Source: Mytilus edulis
Lineage: Eukaryota
Direction of reading: 5' to 3'
DNA: 64,000 nt
Assembly (NCBI RefSeq): GCF_963676685.1
Contig: NC_092345.1
Coordinates: 70,308,001-70,372,000, forward strand
Shown here one piece after another: positions 39,301-52,636 of the stretch (positions within the stretch are counted from its first letter, which is position 1; every line of letters starts with the position of its first letter). A model generated the notes under the pieces. It made no database searches, had not been told where the DNA came from, and worked only from the letters and a program-made list of their open reading frames with translations. The position numbers and the translations under genes were made by a program.

Positions 39301-42300
39301 TTGCCTCATATTTCGTAAAATTTTATCACAAAGTTTGGGCGTCAAAAACTTAGAAAAACATTACAATAATTGCCGGACCAATGTATGGTATGGATAAGCA
39401 AATACGGACTGTCATACATAAAACAGCCTAATTATATTACATGCATTACATAATCTTGTCGTTCATATCAACCCAATATGAACTTCCAGGCTATTTTAAT
39501 CCTCACCTTTCCAAAAACTAATTTTATTGCACATTAGCTCTTATATTTGAAAAATCCCCAGGGGCAAAAATGCGAAACTACACACCTAACTGTGGAGTGC
39601 TACCTTTTAAGAATAAATTTGTCCCCTCCTGCCTCGAATTTTAATACATTGTCTGTGTTTTACCATCTGTTACGATTAAAATGGTACCCTATTTTTTAAA
39701 ATTGGTTCAGTAATAAAGATTTAATGAAGATAATTATCATAAAATTACATTAAAATAGAAACATTGTTCGATTGTTAGGTATTTAAAAGCCCTAATAGGT
39801 CAATTTTGCTGTAAATAGCATACGTAATCTTGGTTTAGAAGCTCTAAGGCAGGGTATAAATTTCTAACAGTACTGGCGTCATTAAATTTAATAAATGCCA
39901 AATTATAATATAAAATCCTGCTTAAATTATTCGCATTCCAAAATATAAAGCGATACATTCTGAGGATATCATATAAAGTGCAGCGCAATATTTGGTTATA
40001 AGGGCGAAGCTAATGGAGTACAAATTTAAGACCGCAACATGTGTTAGTGTCAAAATGTGTATATTTAGTTGCTAAGGACAGTAAACAATAAAATAAACAT
40101 GATTGCAATCCTAGCAAATTTTTTAACTTCAGAACTAAGTCAAGAACATAAAAGGACCAATATATGTATGGTATGGATATGCAAATACGGACTGTCATAC
40201 AGAAAAAAGCCTGTTTTACATACATTACATAGTCTTGATGTTCATATAAACCCAATATGAAGGCTATTTTAATCCTCAGCTATCCAAAAAATCTCATGTT
40301 TGAAAATCGACATGTGCCAAAATGCATAGAGTCAGGCAATATGACATTTGGTATCTATTCGTTTGGTGTGTTTGAGCATTTGATTAGGGACTTTCCTTTT
40401 CTGAATTTTCCTTTGAGTTCAGTATTTTTACTTTATACATCTGAGGTCAATATACAAGTATAAAACGTTGGTATCATTGCCATTGAGAAAACTTTCATTA
40501 GGGACCGAAATGTCGGTAAAAACTATATTTCACCATACCGCCTTCAACAATGACATGAAGTATGTAAAACAAGTTAAACAAGAAATCTAACGGCAGGATT
40601 TGTGTACAACATTATGACCGAAAAACAGATATGATATTTGGCAACAAACAATAACCACTGAATTACAGTCTCCTGACTATGGACAAGCACATGCATCATA
40701 TGCAACGGTTAAGCATGGTTGTTGTGTCACAGTTCTCACCTAATATAGGAAAGAAATTTAACAGCACAGCATTAGAGAAAACTATCAAATTAAGCTTGAA
40801 AGTATTTGACTCTTAAGATCGACACAGAGTACAAAGATAATAATTTGCCTTTGACAGTTTGAACCTTAGTTTCGTTTAAAAATTATAAACGTGGTATTTT
40901 ATAAATCATATCAGTACTACATTGGTGATGATAATAATTTTGAAAGACTAATAGTTCACTATATGTGGTATCTACCCTATGATACTGCAAGGCATATAAC
41001 AAAGTTTAACTTGTATGCGTCCGATGAGCTTTTCTTGATTTATATTCATCAGTAATTCACATGGCCAATTAATTGAAAGCCAAGCATGTATAAGTGCCGA
41101 AACAGCAGTAACTGTTGAAGTGCTATGAGACCAAAAGACTCCTTAACATTTCAAGACACATTTTAAAGAGTAAAAAGTATGTCGAAACGGTGCTTTCAAC
41201 AGTCATTTATAATGTATTAATAACTGTACATGTCTTAGTACAATGTAGAATGGTTTTAAATTGATATTTCAATGAAAACACTAACTGTTGCATATAAAAA
41301 CCGTGCGACTAAACGGTTAACATCTGTAATTGTCTGCTGCCTCTTAGTTGACTTTTATGTACAATTTCAGTTTTATTAATGTTTTTACAAAGTGCAATAT
41401 GCTGGAGCAGTTTGATAAGTTACTTTAATCTATCATTATTGTATAAGGGACCAATTCAAAACAAAAACAAAAAGAAAACAAACAGAAATTGAACTGATTG
41501 TTCTCTGAAGGTTTTTAACTTAAAATGATGATAATTAAGATTTAAATGAACTTAAGTTCTTTTTCTTTAATCACAAACAGAAAATACGTTGTCAGATAAC
41601 TTATCTTAACTTTAATACTCGAATAAGAACCTATATAATTCTATCAAATGATATATTTTACCACTGATATTATACAATGTATTGAAATTCTGAATATTTA
41701 TTTTTCTATCTAAACATGTTTACGTGAAATAACACTGCGATAACAGACAGTGTAATTCAGCTACGAATGTCTTTATATAATACTGAATTAAATTGAAGTT
41801 TTATTTGTTAGTTATCACTCTTTCGAACATAAATACATAATTGACCTAAACAAACATTACCCTCAAAGATGCAGGTATGGCTGTCCAAGTATTACCACAT
41901 TCTACCCATGCCCAGTAAGTATTTATGTCTTTATCTTTGATGGGAAATTTGTTTTCATCCACTGGGACCTGGAAGGAAACTTGTCCATGATGTTTATGAA
42001 CTAAAGAAAATGAACACTGATTTTTCTTTATGTGTTTCTTTTCGTCAGGATTAGTGATGGTTTGCGAAGATTTTGTTGATGACGTGGTACAAAGATTATA
42101 AATATTTGTCACAAATTTTATATTCCTTTGGTTACTTGGTGGTTTTAAGCCTTTATTTCGTGCTTCAGCGCTCCAAACAGTTGTGTTATAATGTTTTAAC
42201 GCCCCTATTAGTTCTTCTGATGTTTTAACTCTAATACCATTTCCTATCTCTAAATATTGGAATTGTTCGTCGGAAGTTTCTTCCTCAGAACTATAATAAT

Positions 42301-43658
42301 AGTCGTTTAATCCCTCGTCTGAATCCGATTCAAATTCCTCCCCAGAGTATGTTTCACCAAGACAATCATCAAGTCTGAAGTCGTCGTCTACCTCGTCGTT
42401 GACAACTACACCGTCTTCTTCTTCACGTATTGCCCTGAAAATTATAATCTAAATGCAAAATCATTTCATCTGATGGCTATTATTTTTATTAGCACGAACA
42501 TGATGAAATTAAGATCTGTCTTTTATTTTACAAAATTTAACGACTATATTTAAAAATAAGAAGTATGATCTGAGACAACTCTCAATCAGTGATGTTAGAA
42601 TTACAAAAAAGAGTATCATTTCACTATTTGTGTATCATCCAACTGCTGTCTCCATCATATAATGGCACGACTTAATTATGTAATATGAACGTTTGACGAA
42701 TCAGGGGAAAAGTTTTAAAATAATCTTATTAACATGACATCAGCGAATGAGTCTTATCGTAGTGTTTGTAACTACAAGCTTAAGACACATGACGAATGTC
42801 TCTAGTGGAGCAGGATCTGTTTACTTTTCCAGAGCACATGGAAATTGCTGGTGGCGTCGTGATCCTTAGTCTTTAAAATAATAATTAGTTTTCTGTGTTG
42901 TGTTTTTTCGATTTGACTGGTTTTTCGTCGTTTTTTATTACGTTTTGTATCTTCTGTATCTGAGCTATTAAAAGTCTCTTTTGTAAACTTCTATCTTTTT
43001 TTTAAACAAAATACTCATATATTAAAAGAAAAAAGATAAGGTCATCTATTCTTTAGACACAAACAAAAACTAATAATTTCTTTCTATAAACATGACATTT
43101 GATTTAATGCTGAAATCAACAATATTTCAAGTCAGCAGAAGAGTGCTTACGAGTGGTGATATTTTTGCAACGAAACATCTAAACGCAGTGGCAACAACCA
43201 ATTTGTTTCCATATACTATATCAAAATACATATGATCATGATTTAGTACGTAAGACTCGTTCTAAATTGTAACTGTGGAGTTGTATTTTAAGATGCTCGT
43301 TTTTATACCGTGTGGAACATCGATCACACATGGCCAAAAAAACACTGTCCCGTTCTATGAAATACCTGTGTTTCTTATATTTATATTTGGTTCGTGTGTC
43401 GTAATCTTTCGGTCCTTATCAGTGTTTTTTGCATTGTCCGTTTAAACGATCTTCTGTTCTAAATATAAATAAAATGAATCAGTTAGTTTCTGTTTCCAAA
43501 ACAAGTACTCAGATAGCAAATATCTCAATAACAAATAAGATAACTTACTGTTGCACCATGTACGGCTGATGTGATTGTATGTTGACAAGACTTCCTCTAA
43601 AAATATTTCTTGGTGTTCTAACAATTTGTCCCAGTTTCCTAGCGGAACTCTCCGCCAT
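27357..43658 (-). CDS. Paralogue C: ZU5-ZU5-UPA protein, DTHD1/PIDD-like, acidic N-terminus, no death domain (~577 aa)
   Basis: Exons 43658-43549, 42434-41861, 34428-34249 (180 nt), 31211-30931 and 27945-27357; all GT-AG, phases 2,0,0,2, open frame; homologous to A, B and D. Confidence 0.8.
28030..28360. repeat. Abundant dispersed SINE-like repeat, copy 1
   Basis: Near-identical to 29140-29551 and 36732-37053 (ccccgccgcatttttgcgcctgtcccaagtcaggagcctctggcc...). Confidence 0.8.
28375..29105. repeat. Degenerate 26-bp minisatellite, split by a MITE
   Basis: Units such as gatacagcagta..tacgtcaat at 28375-28545 and 28990-29105 match the 61830-63270 array. Confidence 0.65.
28547..28981. mobile_element. 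MITE (same family as 53197-53649)
   Basis: Ends ggcccgataacccagttat / ataattgtgtccttggac; collinear similarity to 53197-53649. Confidence 0.75.
29140..29551. repeat. Abundant dispersed SINE-like repeat, copy 2
   Basis: Collinear with copies at 28030 and 36732. Confidence 0.8.
29714..30309. mobile_element. TTAA-flanked MITE (Kolobok-like)
   Basis: TTAA|GGTGGTATGGGTGTCT...AGACTCCCATACCACC|TTAA. Confidence 0.8.
30491..30536 (-). ncRNA. Type I hammerhead ribozyme, third sequence type, core mutated (CTAAAGA)
   Basis: Minus strand GAGCATCA-CTAAAGA-GACATGTACTGTC-GAAA-TGCGCA-TC^TGGTGC; stems I-III pair with covariation relative to the 24630 copy. Confidence 0.65.
32163..33215. mobile_element. Element bounded by two direct copies of a ~140-bp palindrome
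   Basis: 32163-32306 and 33055-33198 are direct repeats, each an imperfect hairpin centred on gggcctttaggccc. Confidence 0.65.
33229..33677. mobile_element. ~450-bp foldback MITE (palindromic over its full length)
   Basis: atagtatgaaattcaaaacagtgtgg... pairs with ...ccacactgttttgaatttcattctat all the way to a centre at ~33452. Confidence 0.85.
36396..36440 (-). ncRNA. Type I hammerhead ribozyme (intact core) in a retrozyme fragment
   Basis: Minus strand GAGCGTCA-CTGATGA-GTTTTCGTAGAC-GAAA-CGCGTG-TC^TGGCGT; both strands of stem I present. Confidence 0.85.
36500..37206. mobile_element. PIF/Harbinger-like MITE (TAA TSD) containing a SINE-like repeat
   Basis: TAA|TACCGGCGTCACACAT...ATGTGTGACGCCGGCA|TAA; SINE-like copy inside at 36732-37053. 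Confidence 0.75.
38572..38752 (+). mobile_element. Retrozyme fragment with decayed hammerhead (38668-38713)
   Basis: gagcgtcg-ATGATGA-gtcttttgtagac-GAAA-tgcgca-TC^tggcgt; collinear with the 3' half of 24306-24693. Confidence 0.7.
38939..39604. mobile_element. MITE, second copy of the 16248-16910 family
   Basis: Same TIRs and collinear interior. Confidence 0.85.
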
Positions 43659-45448
43659 TATACTGCAGTGAATAATATCTAACTAACTTATCTTATATAA
43701 ATTAAATGAACGAATTTAAGTGTAGAGAAGTATTTAAAGTTTTAAATTAGTGAAACCCGTACCAGTGTTAAATGTTCAAATAAATCATGAAATATATTAT
43801 ATTTTTAAAGTTGATTCGCTACAATTTATATAATATTAGGTATTTAATATATATATCATTTTATGTAAAATTGCATGTGAATACACAATGAGCAGATATA
43901 TATCGGATCATGTCATAACGTTATTTTTCATTGTTGGATTTTATTCCAAGGCGCTCACAATCCAGAATTATTAACAGGTTATCAATTTCTGAGTTGACTT
44001 GAAATTTATTTGCTATGCGTAATGATTCGATAAGTTAATTCATCTGTCACACTGTTAATAACTTCGTCATAAGAAGGCGCGTTTAGTCTAGTGATTTTGT
44101 CATTTTGTAAAAATCTTATTTTCATTGTTAAATTTGGCAAAATCGTAGTTAAGTCGCTTTAAAAAATACGAAAATTATTTGCAAAATGGTTCCTTCTGAT
44201 TGTAAAAGCAATTGACATCGTACACGAGCATTCAATAAAGTAAAAATACTTTCGCTACTGACTGCACAATTTTAGTTTCTGTAGTAATCTGTTGACCTTC
44301 AAAAATATGAAATGCTGAGTTCGAGAGAATGTAAACCCAAAATGACAACATTAAATCATCTTTGCCAAAGCAATGTGCACTTTTATGTGACTTATAAACC
44401 ACAATTAGCAGATCCAATGCTATTTAAAAAAAATGTTTAAAAGTTGTTCACTAGAAATTGTAGCTGCTTTCTTGGCATTAAAGTGACGGTTTCAAGTAAA
44501 TACATTAACATTCCCATATCTTTTAAACTTTGGAGTTTATAGCATATGCAGGTGTACCCATGTTAGAAACTATACAATCAAGTGCTTATTTTCCATGTTT
44601 TTTCGTCATTTTAAGGCATAATCTTTAAGGTGTGAAATTTTCGACTGTTTTTCAAATTTAATTGTGGAGAGTAACCAAATTACATTATAAAATGGCTGAA
44701 TTCATTATACTTTAAAGTATTACATTGTGAAAATATGTAAAAGGTGAGTATAAAATGCAAAAGTGAGGGTTATGTTAGCTGTAATAAAATCAAAATAAGG
44801 TTTAACTCAATATTTTTTCTCGAAAAATGTCTGTATCAAGTCAGGAATATGGTAGTTGTTAGTCACATGTTCTGTTTATTGAATAATTCGTAAGTCCTTA
44901 TAAATACATGCAGGAGTTATATAAACTATTATTTGCATTTTAAATGATACAGTGTAACTGCACATTACATTTTAATAAGGAAATTAATATATACTTTTTT
45001 ATAACAAGTGTTTGAAAGACTTGATGTGAGATATTTTGGAAATAGTGTTATCAAAAACCCACCTGTTTACATACGTCTGGTTCTTTTTTCAACGTACACC
45101 ACCTTGTCTGTTTGTTTACTTGTCTTGCTCTATTTGTAGTGTGTCATTTTGTGATTTGTATTTATTTGTTTATCAGTTGTGCTCAGAGTGCTTTGTTAGT
45201 AGATATAATGTTAACATTGAAGGTGCAATTGTCTGTTGGTATGGTTCATTTGAGAATATGATTTAAAAGTGAGGTTTTATTTTCAAATACATAAAATTAA
45301 AATATTAAGTAAATAATTGGTATTTGATCGAACAATTATCTAAAGGAATTTAAAAAATCTTACAACTTGTAGAAGGTTAGATACACTTAATCGTTTTAAA
45401 GACCGTAGTTCTTTCGTATGAAATATTTGTACTACACATACATACTTC

Positions 45449-45450
45449 AA

Positions 45451-45492
<42 letters not shown>
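45449..45492. repeat. (TA)n microsatellite
   Basis: About 20 TA units directly visible. Confidence 0.95.
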
Positions 45493-45495
<3 letters not shown>

Positions 45496-45852
45496 GTAAC
45501 ACACGGCCACTGAAAGCTTTATTTTTAGTAGACCCCAGGTGGTCGTGTGGTCTAGCGGGACGGCTGCAGTGCAGGCGATTTGGTGTCACGATATAACAGT
45601 AGCATGGGTTCGAATCCCGGCGAGGGAAGAACAAAAAATTTGCGAAAGCAAATTTACAGATCTAACATTATCGGGATTCAAACCCATGCTACTAGGTATC
45701 ATGACACCAAAGCTCCTGCACTCTAACCGGCGGTAAACCACACGACCACCTGGGCTTCATAAAAATAAAGCTTTCGGTGGCCTGGTGTTACCTTTCCACG
45801 TCAGTTTAAATCTAGCGTCGTACTACAGTACGTGATATATAAGGCATGAAGA
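45493..45852. mobile_element. Two inverted copies of a tRNA-derived repeat
   Basis: A box TGGTCTAGCGG (45548-45558) and B box GGTTCGAATCCC (45607-45618); inverted diverged copy at 45672-45852; partial third copy at ~46950-47063; acceptor stem does not close. Confidence 0.65.
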
Positions 45853-47477
45853 TTTTATACAAAATGTACACAGTCATGTATCACCATCACTGCTGGTGAT
45901 CCGATGGATAAATCTGTTGTAGAGTTATTACTGGTTCAGATGTACTTATAAATATAATTATTTTTTTTTTTATTTTTTTTTAACGTAACAATATCTTTAT
46001 TGCATATTTGCTGTAACAATTTACTAAGTTTACAGCTTTAACTTAGTATCCCTCATGTTAGCTTACCTAATAGTTAAGGGAAGCACTATTTGGCAAGATA
46101 TATTTATTCATAATATTAGTATTCATAACATAAGACATTTCACAAAATATATTTGATAAATCATTGTGATTATACGCATACATTACATCAAGGATTTGTA
46201 TAGTAAGTCTTACTATACAAATCCTTGATTACATTTTGTTTCTTTTTCTCTTTTTCATAGTATTTATTTTTTCCGGAATAAACTCCGTTATCGGTATGAT
46301 CCGTGTTTCCATTGATATTGGGCACAGTGTTGTTTTTAGCATGTGCGTTATCGGGTATAGTTTTGATGTGTGTCGTCTAAATATAAATATTATCCACTGG
46401 ATTTAACGATTATATATGGTGAGTTTACTATTCAAGTTTTCTTTAGTTATCTACTGATCTTTTTTCGTCGAAATGTATGTGTGTATTGCACAAATAATTA
46501 AAGTTTAACAAGTTGGAGCACTCATCCGAAATGATACATTATTTTCCCACATTAATTAATAAACGTACGGATTCATTTATACCACAACCATTCTTTTTAT
46601 CTTTTGTAAATACACATTTTAAAATATAAAAAATGCAGTATAATTTACATGCGGTGACTCATGCATGATTGAACTTGATCATAAATGAGGGTGGTGTAAA
46701 GGGTTATTTTCGTGCAACGTTTTCGGCCTTTTTATTTCACGTATTTTCGTGTTTTAACGTTTTATTTCTCGTTTTCTCGTGTTTGGCTCGATTTACGTGC
46801 TTCGTGTTTCCCCTTATTTATTTTCCGTGTTTCGTGTCAGTGCTCTTAATTTCTCGTGCAGGTCCCGAATTTGATAATTATTTCTGTGATTGTATCTTGC
46901 ATTATTTGTAGAATCCTTTACAATAGATAATTCAGCTGATCTGTAACAATAACATCTTCATGCCTTATATATCATGTACTGTATTACGACGCTAGATTTA
47001 AACTGATGATGAAAGGTAACACCCGGCTACCGAAAGCTTTATTATTGTGAAGCCCAGGTGGTTGAGGTAAGACATCTGAGTTTAAATGATAAAAAAAAAC
47101 AGGTCAATAAAGGCAAAAGCAGTACTGTTCGAAAGTCATAAAGCGATTGAGAGAAGAATAATCCGAGTAACAAACTCAAACTAGGGTAAGCATATCAACG
47201 ATAAGAGGAAAACAACAAAACAACAGAAACACTGAAATTAAAACCGACCATGCAACGCACACAGAAACGAACTATAAGATGACAACTGCTTTTTACATGA
47301 TTTGGTACAGGACATTTTAAGAAACAAATGGTGAATATTGGTTAAACCTCTGACTTGGATGACAGCCTTAACGAATTATAGTAATGCGAAATCACACTCA
47401 TCAAAACAGTCAAATTCGGGAATAGGTCATGTTCGGTACTTAAAAGACTCCAATACGTAAATGGAAAACAACCATCT

Positions 47478-47790
47478 AAAAGAGGAGCGAAAGATACCAG
47501 AGGAACAATCAAACATAAAAGTCATAAATCGAAAATAAACAGACCACGCAATTGTTTAAAATGAAAAAGACAAACAGACAAATAAAAGTACACAAGAAAC
47601 AACATAGAAAACTAAAGACTGAGCAACACGAACCCCACTAAACATTTGGGGTGATCGCAGGTGCACCTGAAGTGTTAGCAGATCCTGCTCCACAGTTGAC
47701 ACCCGACGTGTTGCTCATGTTTTTACAAACCCGGTAAAAAGTCTAATTCGGAAGGTCACATCCATGAAAGGGAAGGGGAGGGGATTGTAA
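47478..47790 (-). mobile_element. Penelope-like element, 3' terminal fragment
   Basis: Diverged match to 16016-16247 plus 16911-16980. Confidence 0.75.
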
Positions 47791-48333
47791 AATGAAAAAT
47801 ACCATTACATAAAAGTTGATATTTTTCTACTTTGTGTATATTTGCATTTTTTTTTTATTTTTTTTTTTTGGTTTGTTATCAATGTGCAGTGGTATTTGTG
47901 TTTCAAATACAAAAGAAAAAAATCAGCATAATGGTTTAAAATAAACAAAAACGATTTCTTAGTCTATATATCACAGTAGCAAAACAAGGCAGATGTGCAA
48001 ACGCAACAACAAAACTATTCATTAAAAGATGCAAACAAATGTAGGAAATATAATAAACAAGAATACCGAATCGAAGGTTAGTTCAAATCGTAAAGTCCCG
48101 TATTAAAGGGCTATATCGAAAGCTCAAACACATCAAGCAAATGTAAAACAACTGTCCTATTCCAGAATTGGCACAGGCATATTCATGTAGAAAATAGTGG
48201 ATTAAACCTGGTTTTAATCTAGCTTAAACATTGACTTGTATTACAGTGGCATAAAATCTTATCATATTACCAACACATGAACAAAACAAACAGGCATAGG
48301 CGGTAAAAAGACCAAAAATAGGGGTACAGCAAC

Positions 48334-49878
48334 CAGGGATGGGCACGATTACATGAAGGTATTTTGTGCAATCGATTAATAATCGATTACTCAGATTTTT
48401 GTATGTAATCGATTGCAATCGATTACTTTTTCAAAAGTAATTACATTACTTTTGGATTACTGTCAATTACATGCTTCAAAATTTTAAAAAATAAAAAAGT
48501 AAGTTAAACACAATTATGTTGATCAACATTTGTATAGTGGAAATTTAGAACTTTACCAAAAAACAGCTTGTTAAGCATTGTTTCCATATTATAAGTTGAC
48601 AGTTGCTATCTAGATGAAATCTCTTACTGAGGATCAGAAATATTAAAAAAAAAAGCTTGAAATTTTTACTTACTTTCAACATGAATGACAGATGACATCA
48701 CATTCCATTAATTACTTATATATATGTTAAAGGTTTTTCAATAATTTTGCTTTCGTACTGACTTAAGTTAGCTGTTTTGTTTTTATTCATTAAAAGCAAG
48801 ACTGGTATATTTTAGCATAGTTATTTACAATGTTTGAAGTTTTCTTGGTAGAAAATATAAAAACAGTAAAATTATTAATTAGTTCATCTAATTTTAAAGA
48901 TCAAGATTTATAATTATAATGACAGGCATGATTTAATCCTTTTGTTGGATAACCCTAATTATAGGTTATAAAACTGCCAATGGAGTAAAATTTATAACCT
49001 GGGGCAAAACAATGTAAATCTCATTCTTAATTAGACAAACAGTAATTGAAATGAAAAAAAAGAATGTGTCTTATATGGTGATTAGAAGACTTTGATCATC
49101 TGATTAGTAAAGACACGAAGTTTTTTCAGATTTTTTTTATTCTCTAATAAAATTATAAACAGTATATGTGTACAGTGTCAAAGAGGGAGACATGTATCTT
49201 TTTCTGAAAAGAATTTCATGGCATCGGCATTGGTTCATTGTTAAAAGGTTTTTGTGTACTTTCTTATTTTTTATATACATGTATGTCATAACATTATCAG
49301 AAATCAACTGTTTATCTATTCTTAGCTTAACTCTTATTAAAAATTATGCTTTTGGGTATTTTAATTCAAATAAGCTTACTTCTTCAAGGAAGTACAGAAC
49401 TTAACTTAAGACACATTTCTTATTTAAATCTATTTTCATATTCCAAATCTATTTTCTTATTTTGATATAAAAGGTGTTGAGTTATTGACAAGCACATAAA
49501 TCCAAAATTTCAAAAACTTGATATAAAGTAAATTATGGTAGGGGATCTGGTTGATTATAATATTAATGCAGCTGGAGACAATAGATAGAAATATAAAGGC
49601 ATTTTATAAACTCTTTAATAATATCAGTACTTCAAAGTGATGAATACATACATGTTTTCATTTAAAATAGATTATATTTCATCAAACTATTTTACTAAAG
49701 TAATTGAAATGTAATCGAAAGTAATCGATGATTAGATCATGTTTTTTGCTGTAATTGATTAAATTACGATTACATGTAATCGAAAATGTCTTCGATTACA
49801 GATTACTGTCGATTACTGGAAAAAAATGTAATCAATTACAATCGATTACGATTACTGATTACGATTACCCCATCCCTG
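48334..49878. mobile_element. Non-autonomous hAT-type element, 8-bp TSD ACAGCAAC
   Basis: ACAGCAAC|CAGGGATGGG...CCCATCCCTG|ACAGCAAC; subterminal GATTAC arrays. Confidence 0.9.
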
Positions 49879-51769
49879 ACAGCAACTATATAAAAACTAT
49901 ATAAAAACCAGCAAATATGTCAACAAAGAAAAACAAATAATAAAAATTAGTCTTTTTTGTCGAAAAAAAGTATAACAAAAATATCGAACTACAAGAAAAA
50001 TTCAAATCGTAATGTCCCTCATCGAGAAGCAAAATCAAAAGCCTAAACTCATTAAAAGAGCAGAAAACAACTTTCATATTCATGACTTGTTAAGGCATTT
50101 TTGTATGTGAATAAAACCTAGTTTTAATGCTAGTAATACCGGTCTCTGACTTGTATAACAGTCGTATAGCAGAATAAAATTAGCACTATTTTTGTCCTCT
50201 CATTAACTTCGCGCAACCCATTCAAAAAGTACAGAGGAAGATGATCTTTCATTAACAAATTGCGACACAAAATAGTGAAAGAGTAAGTTCTTCTGTTGAA
50301 TATTAGTTTCTATGTATGTTGGCGTTTATTCGTTGCACTTCAGTGTTCCTGTTATTACTTTGTTTTACTCTTACAGTCAATGTGTGTCCTTCTGTTTAAG
50401 TTTGAAGCCGGATTTGTTTTTTCTCTCAATTTATTTATTACTTTTGAACGCCGGTATACTACTGTTGCATTTATATAGTGGAGATAATAATTGTACAAAG
50501 CAATCTAAAGCAAGACATTTAACTAATAAAATGAATAAAGACAACAGAAGTATACCACTGTTCGATAGTCATAAATATTCATGCCGTTAGGATCGAAACT
50601 AGTATATTTTTCAGGGACAGGACAAGTCCACCAGCAAGAAATCCGATCCAGTATTGATAAAATAAAGGTTATAATGGTAAACTTTTAATCAATAGTCATG
50701 GATATTTATGATGTTGGTCTAACGGACTGGTACCTTTTTTGTTGATTATATTACTGATCAGTTTTTTTTCTTGTATCTTTTTCTCTCTTTTTACTTAAGT
50801 TTTTGCATTTATACAATAGAGTGACAATATATATTAAAGGATTATTCAAACTCATAAGTGGAAAACGAGCCGAAAATGCCATGGCGCAAACTATAAGAAA
50901 AACAACCGTCTATACAAAAAATAACACAAGAAACTAAAGAAAACATAGACCAGCATGAACAAATGTTAGGTATTGCATAAACTAATAATAAAGAAACTAT
51001 TGCAAATATTGTAAAATTAAGTTTTGGTTTTATCATATTTCAAAATTATGCGAATTGTATATTAAAAAAAAGTTAAACATAGGTTTCTTGTTATTGTTTT
51101 TGACCTTTTTTGGTTAAGAATCATCATAATTTGCAATAACTTCTATTGAAGTCGTCAACTGAAATGGCAACCTTGTTGATAAGTTTTCAGTTCTTTTCTC
51201 TATTATAATTTTCGTTGTTACAATTTTCATGACCTTCTATAGTAATGACCAAATAATGATCAACAATAACTTTTTGAAAGAGTCAAGAGATGATTTCTTC
51301 CATTTATATAATTTCCTGTTTACATTTTTCTTTGTCAGTATTGAGCATATTGACAAACCATCCTTCTAAATTTTAAAGCTGTGAGGCAAATAATCTCAAT
51401 AAAGCAGTTTTCAAAAAGATTTTTGAAGTTCATGCGTTTCCCTCATTTTCGTTTTCCGCCTCGATTGTTTTATATGCAGGGATGCCATTCTCCGGAAATC
51501 GTCACCAAGAAATTTAGAATTTTATGCGAAAATGAGCGCGAACTTGGTCAACAGCCAATCACCAGCAGAAGCAGATACGATGTCTACAGATTGACCCACA
51601 ATGATCCCAGCCGCCCCTAAAATGAAGGTAGACAAAGAGATGAATTTGCATTACCATGTGTATCTACATGACCACACGATCGTTGTATTGAGAGTGTGAT
51701 GCTTTCGATTTGTGACTTTTAAATACAGGTGGTAAACTACTGTTGGCCTTATTTATCAATCTATGCAGG

Positions 51770-52636
51770 GAGTTGTCAAGTATCTAACTCTCTTTCATCT
51801 TGTAACAGTATTAAACATTTGACTTTTCTACTCTGTACACAAGTATTCCACATTCCAAACTAAAAGACAAATTGAAAGAGTTGGTATTACTTTGCTTCAT
51901 AAAAAAGAATGGCCAACGCAGATACAAGTATCTTGTCTTAGGGAGGGATAAATCCTACTTTGTAAAGAATCACTCTGATTCAAACAAAAAATTCTCTGAA
52001 ACTGATATTATCAAGATGTTTGATTTCTTGATTGACAACATATTTGTTACGTTCGGAGGACGTGTTTTTCAACAGACTGTCGGCATTCCAATGGGAACAA
52101 ACTGTGCCCCTCTACTCGACGACTTGTATCTTTATTATTATGAGGCTGACTTCATGCAGGAACTTCTTAGGAAGAAAGATAAGAAGTTAGCAATATTCTT
52201 TAACTCTACTTTCCGCTATATAGATGATGTTCTTTCACTAAACAATTCAAAATTTGGTGACTATGTGGAACGCATCCATCCAATCGAACTAGAGATAAAG
52301 GATACTACAGATACAGTTAAGTCGGCTTCATATCTTGACTTACATCTAGAAATTGACAATGAGGGTCGGTTGAAAACAAAACTTTACGACAAAAGAGATG
52401 ATTTCAGCTTTCCAATTGTGAACTTTCCGTTTCTAAGTAGCAACATTCCAGCAGCACCTGCATACTCGGTATATATCTCCCAATTGATACGATATTCCCG
52501 TGCTTGCATTTCCTATCATGATTTTCACCCCTAGTTTTTGATGGGGTTCGTGTTGTTTATTCTTTAGTTTTCTATATTGTGTCGTGTGTACTATTGTTTT
52601 TCTGTTTGTCTTTTTAATTTTTAGCCATGGCGTTGT
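51770..52636 (+). mobile_element. Penelope-like retroelement RT fragment with internal deletion
   Basis: ORF 51872-52534 with QTVGIPMGTNCAP, FRYIDDV and YLDL; at ~52525 it jumps to 3' terminal sequence. Confidence 0.9.

Noticed and set aside
45538-45625. Functional tRNA gene
   Set aside because: A and B boxes are present but the acceptor and anticodon stems do not close, and it is part of a multi-copy repeat.
51480-51628. Isolated exon-like GC-richer segment (cag|...AAG|gt)
   Set aside because: In-frame stop in the best frame, no partner exons and no recognisable homology.
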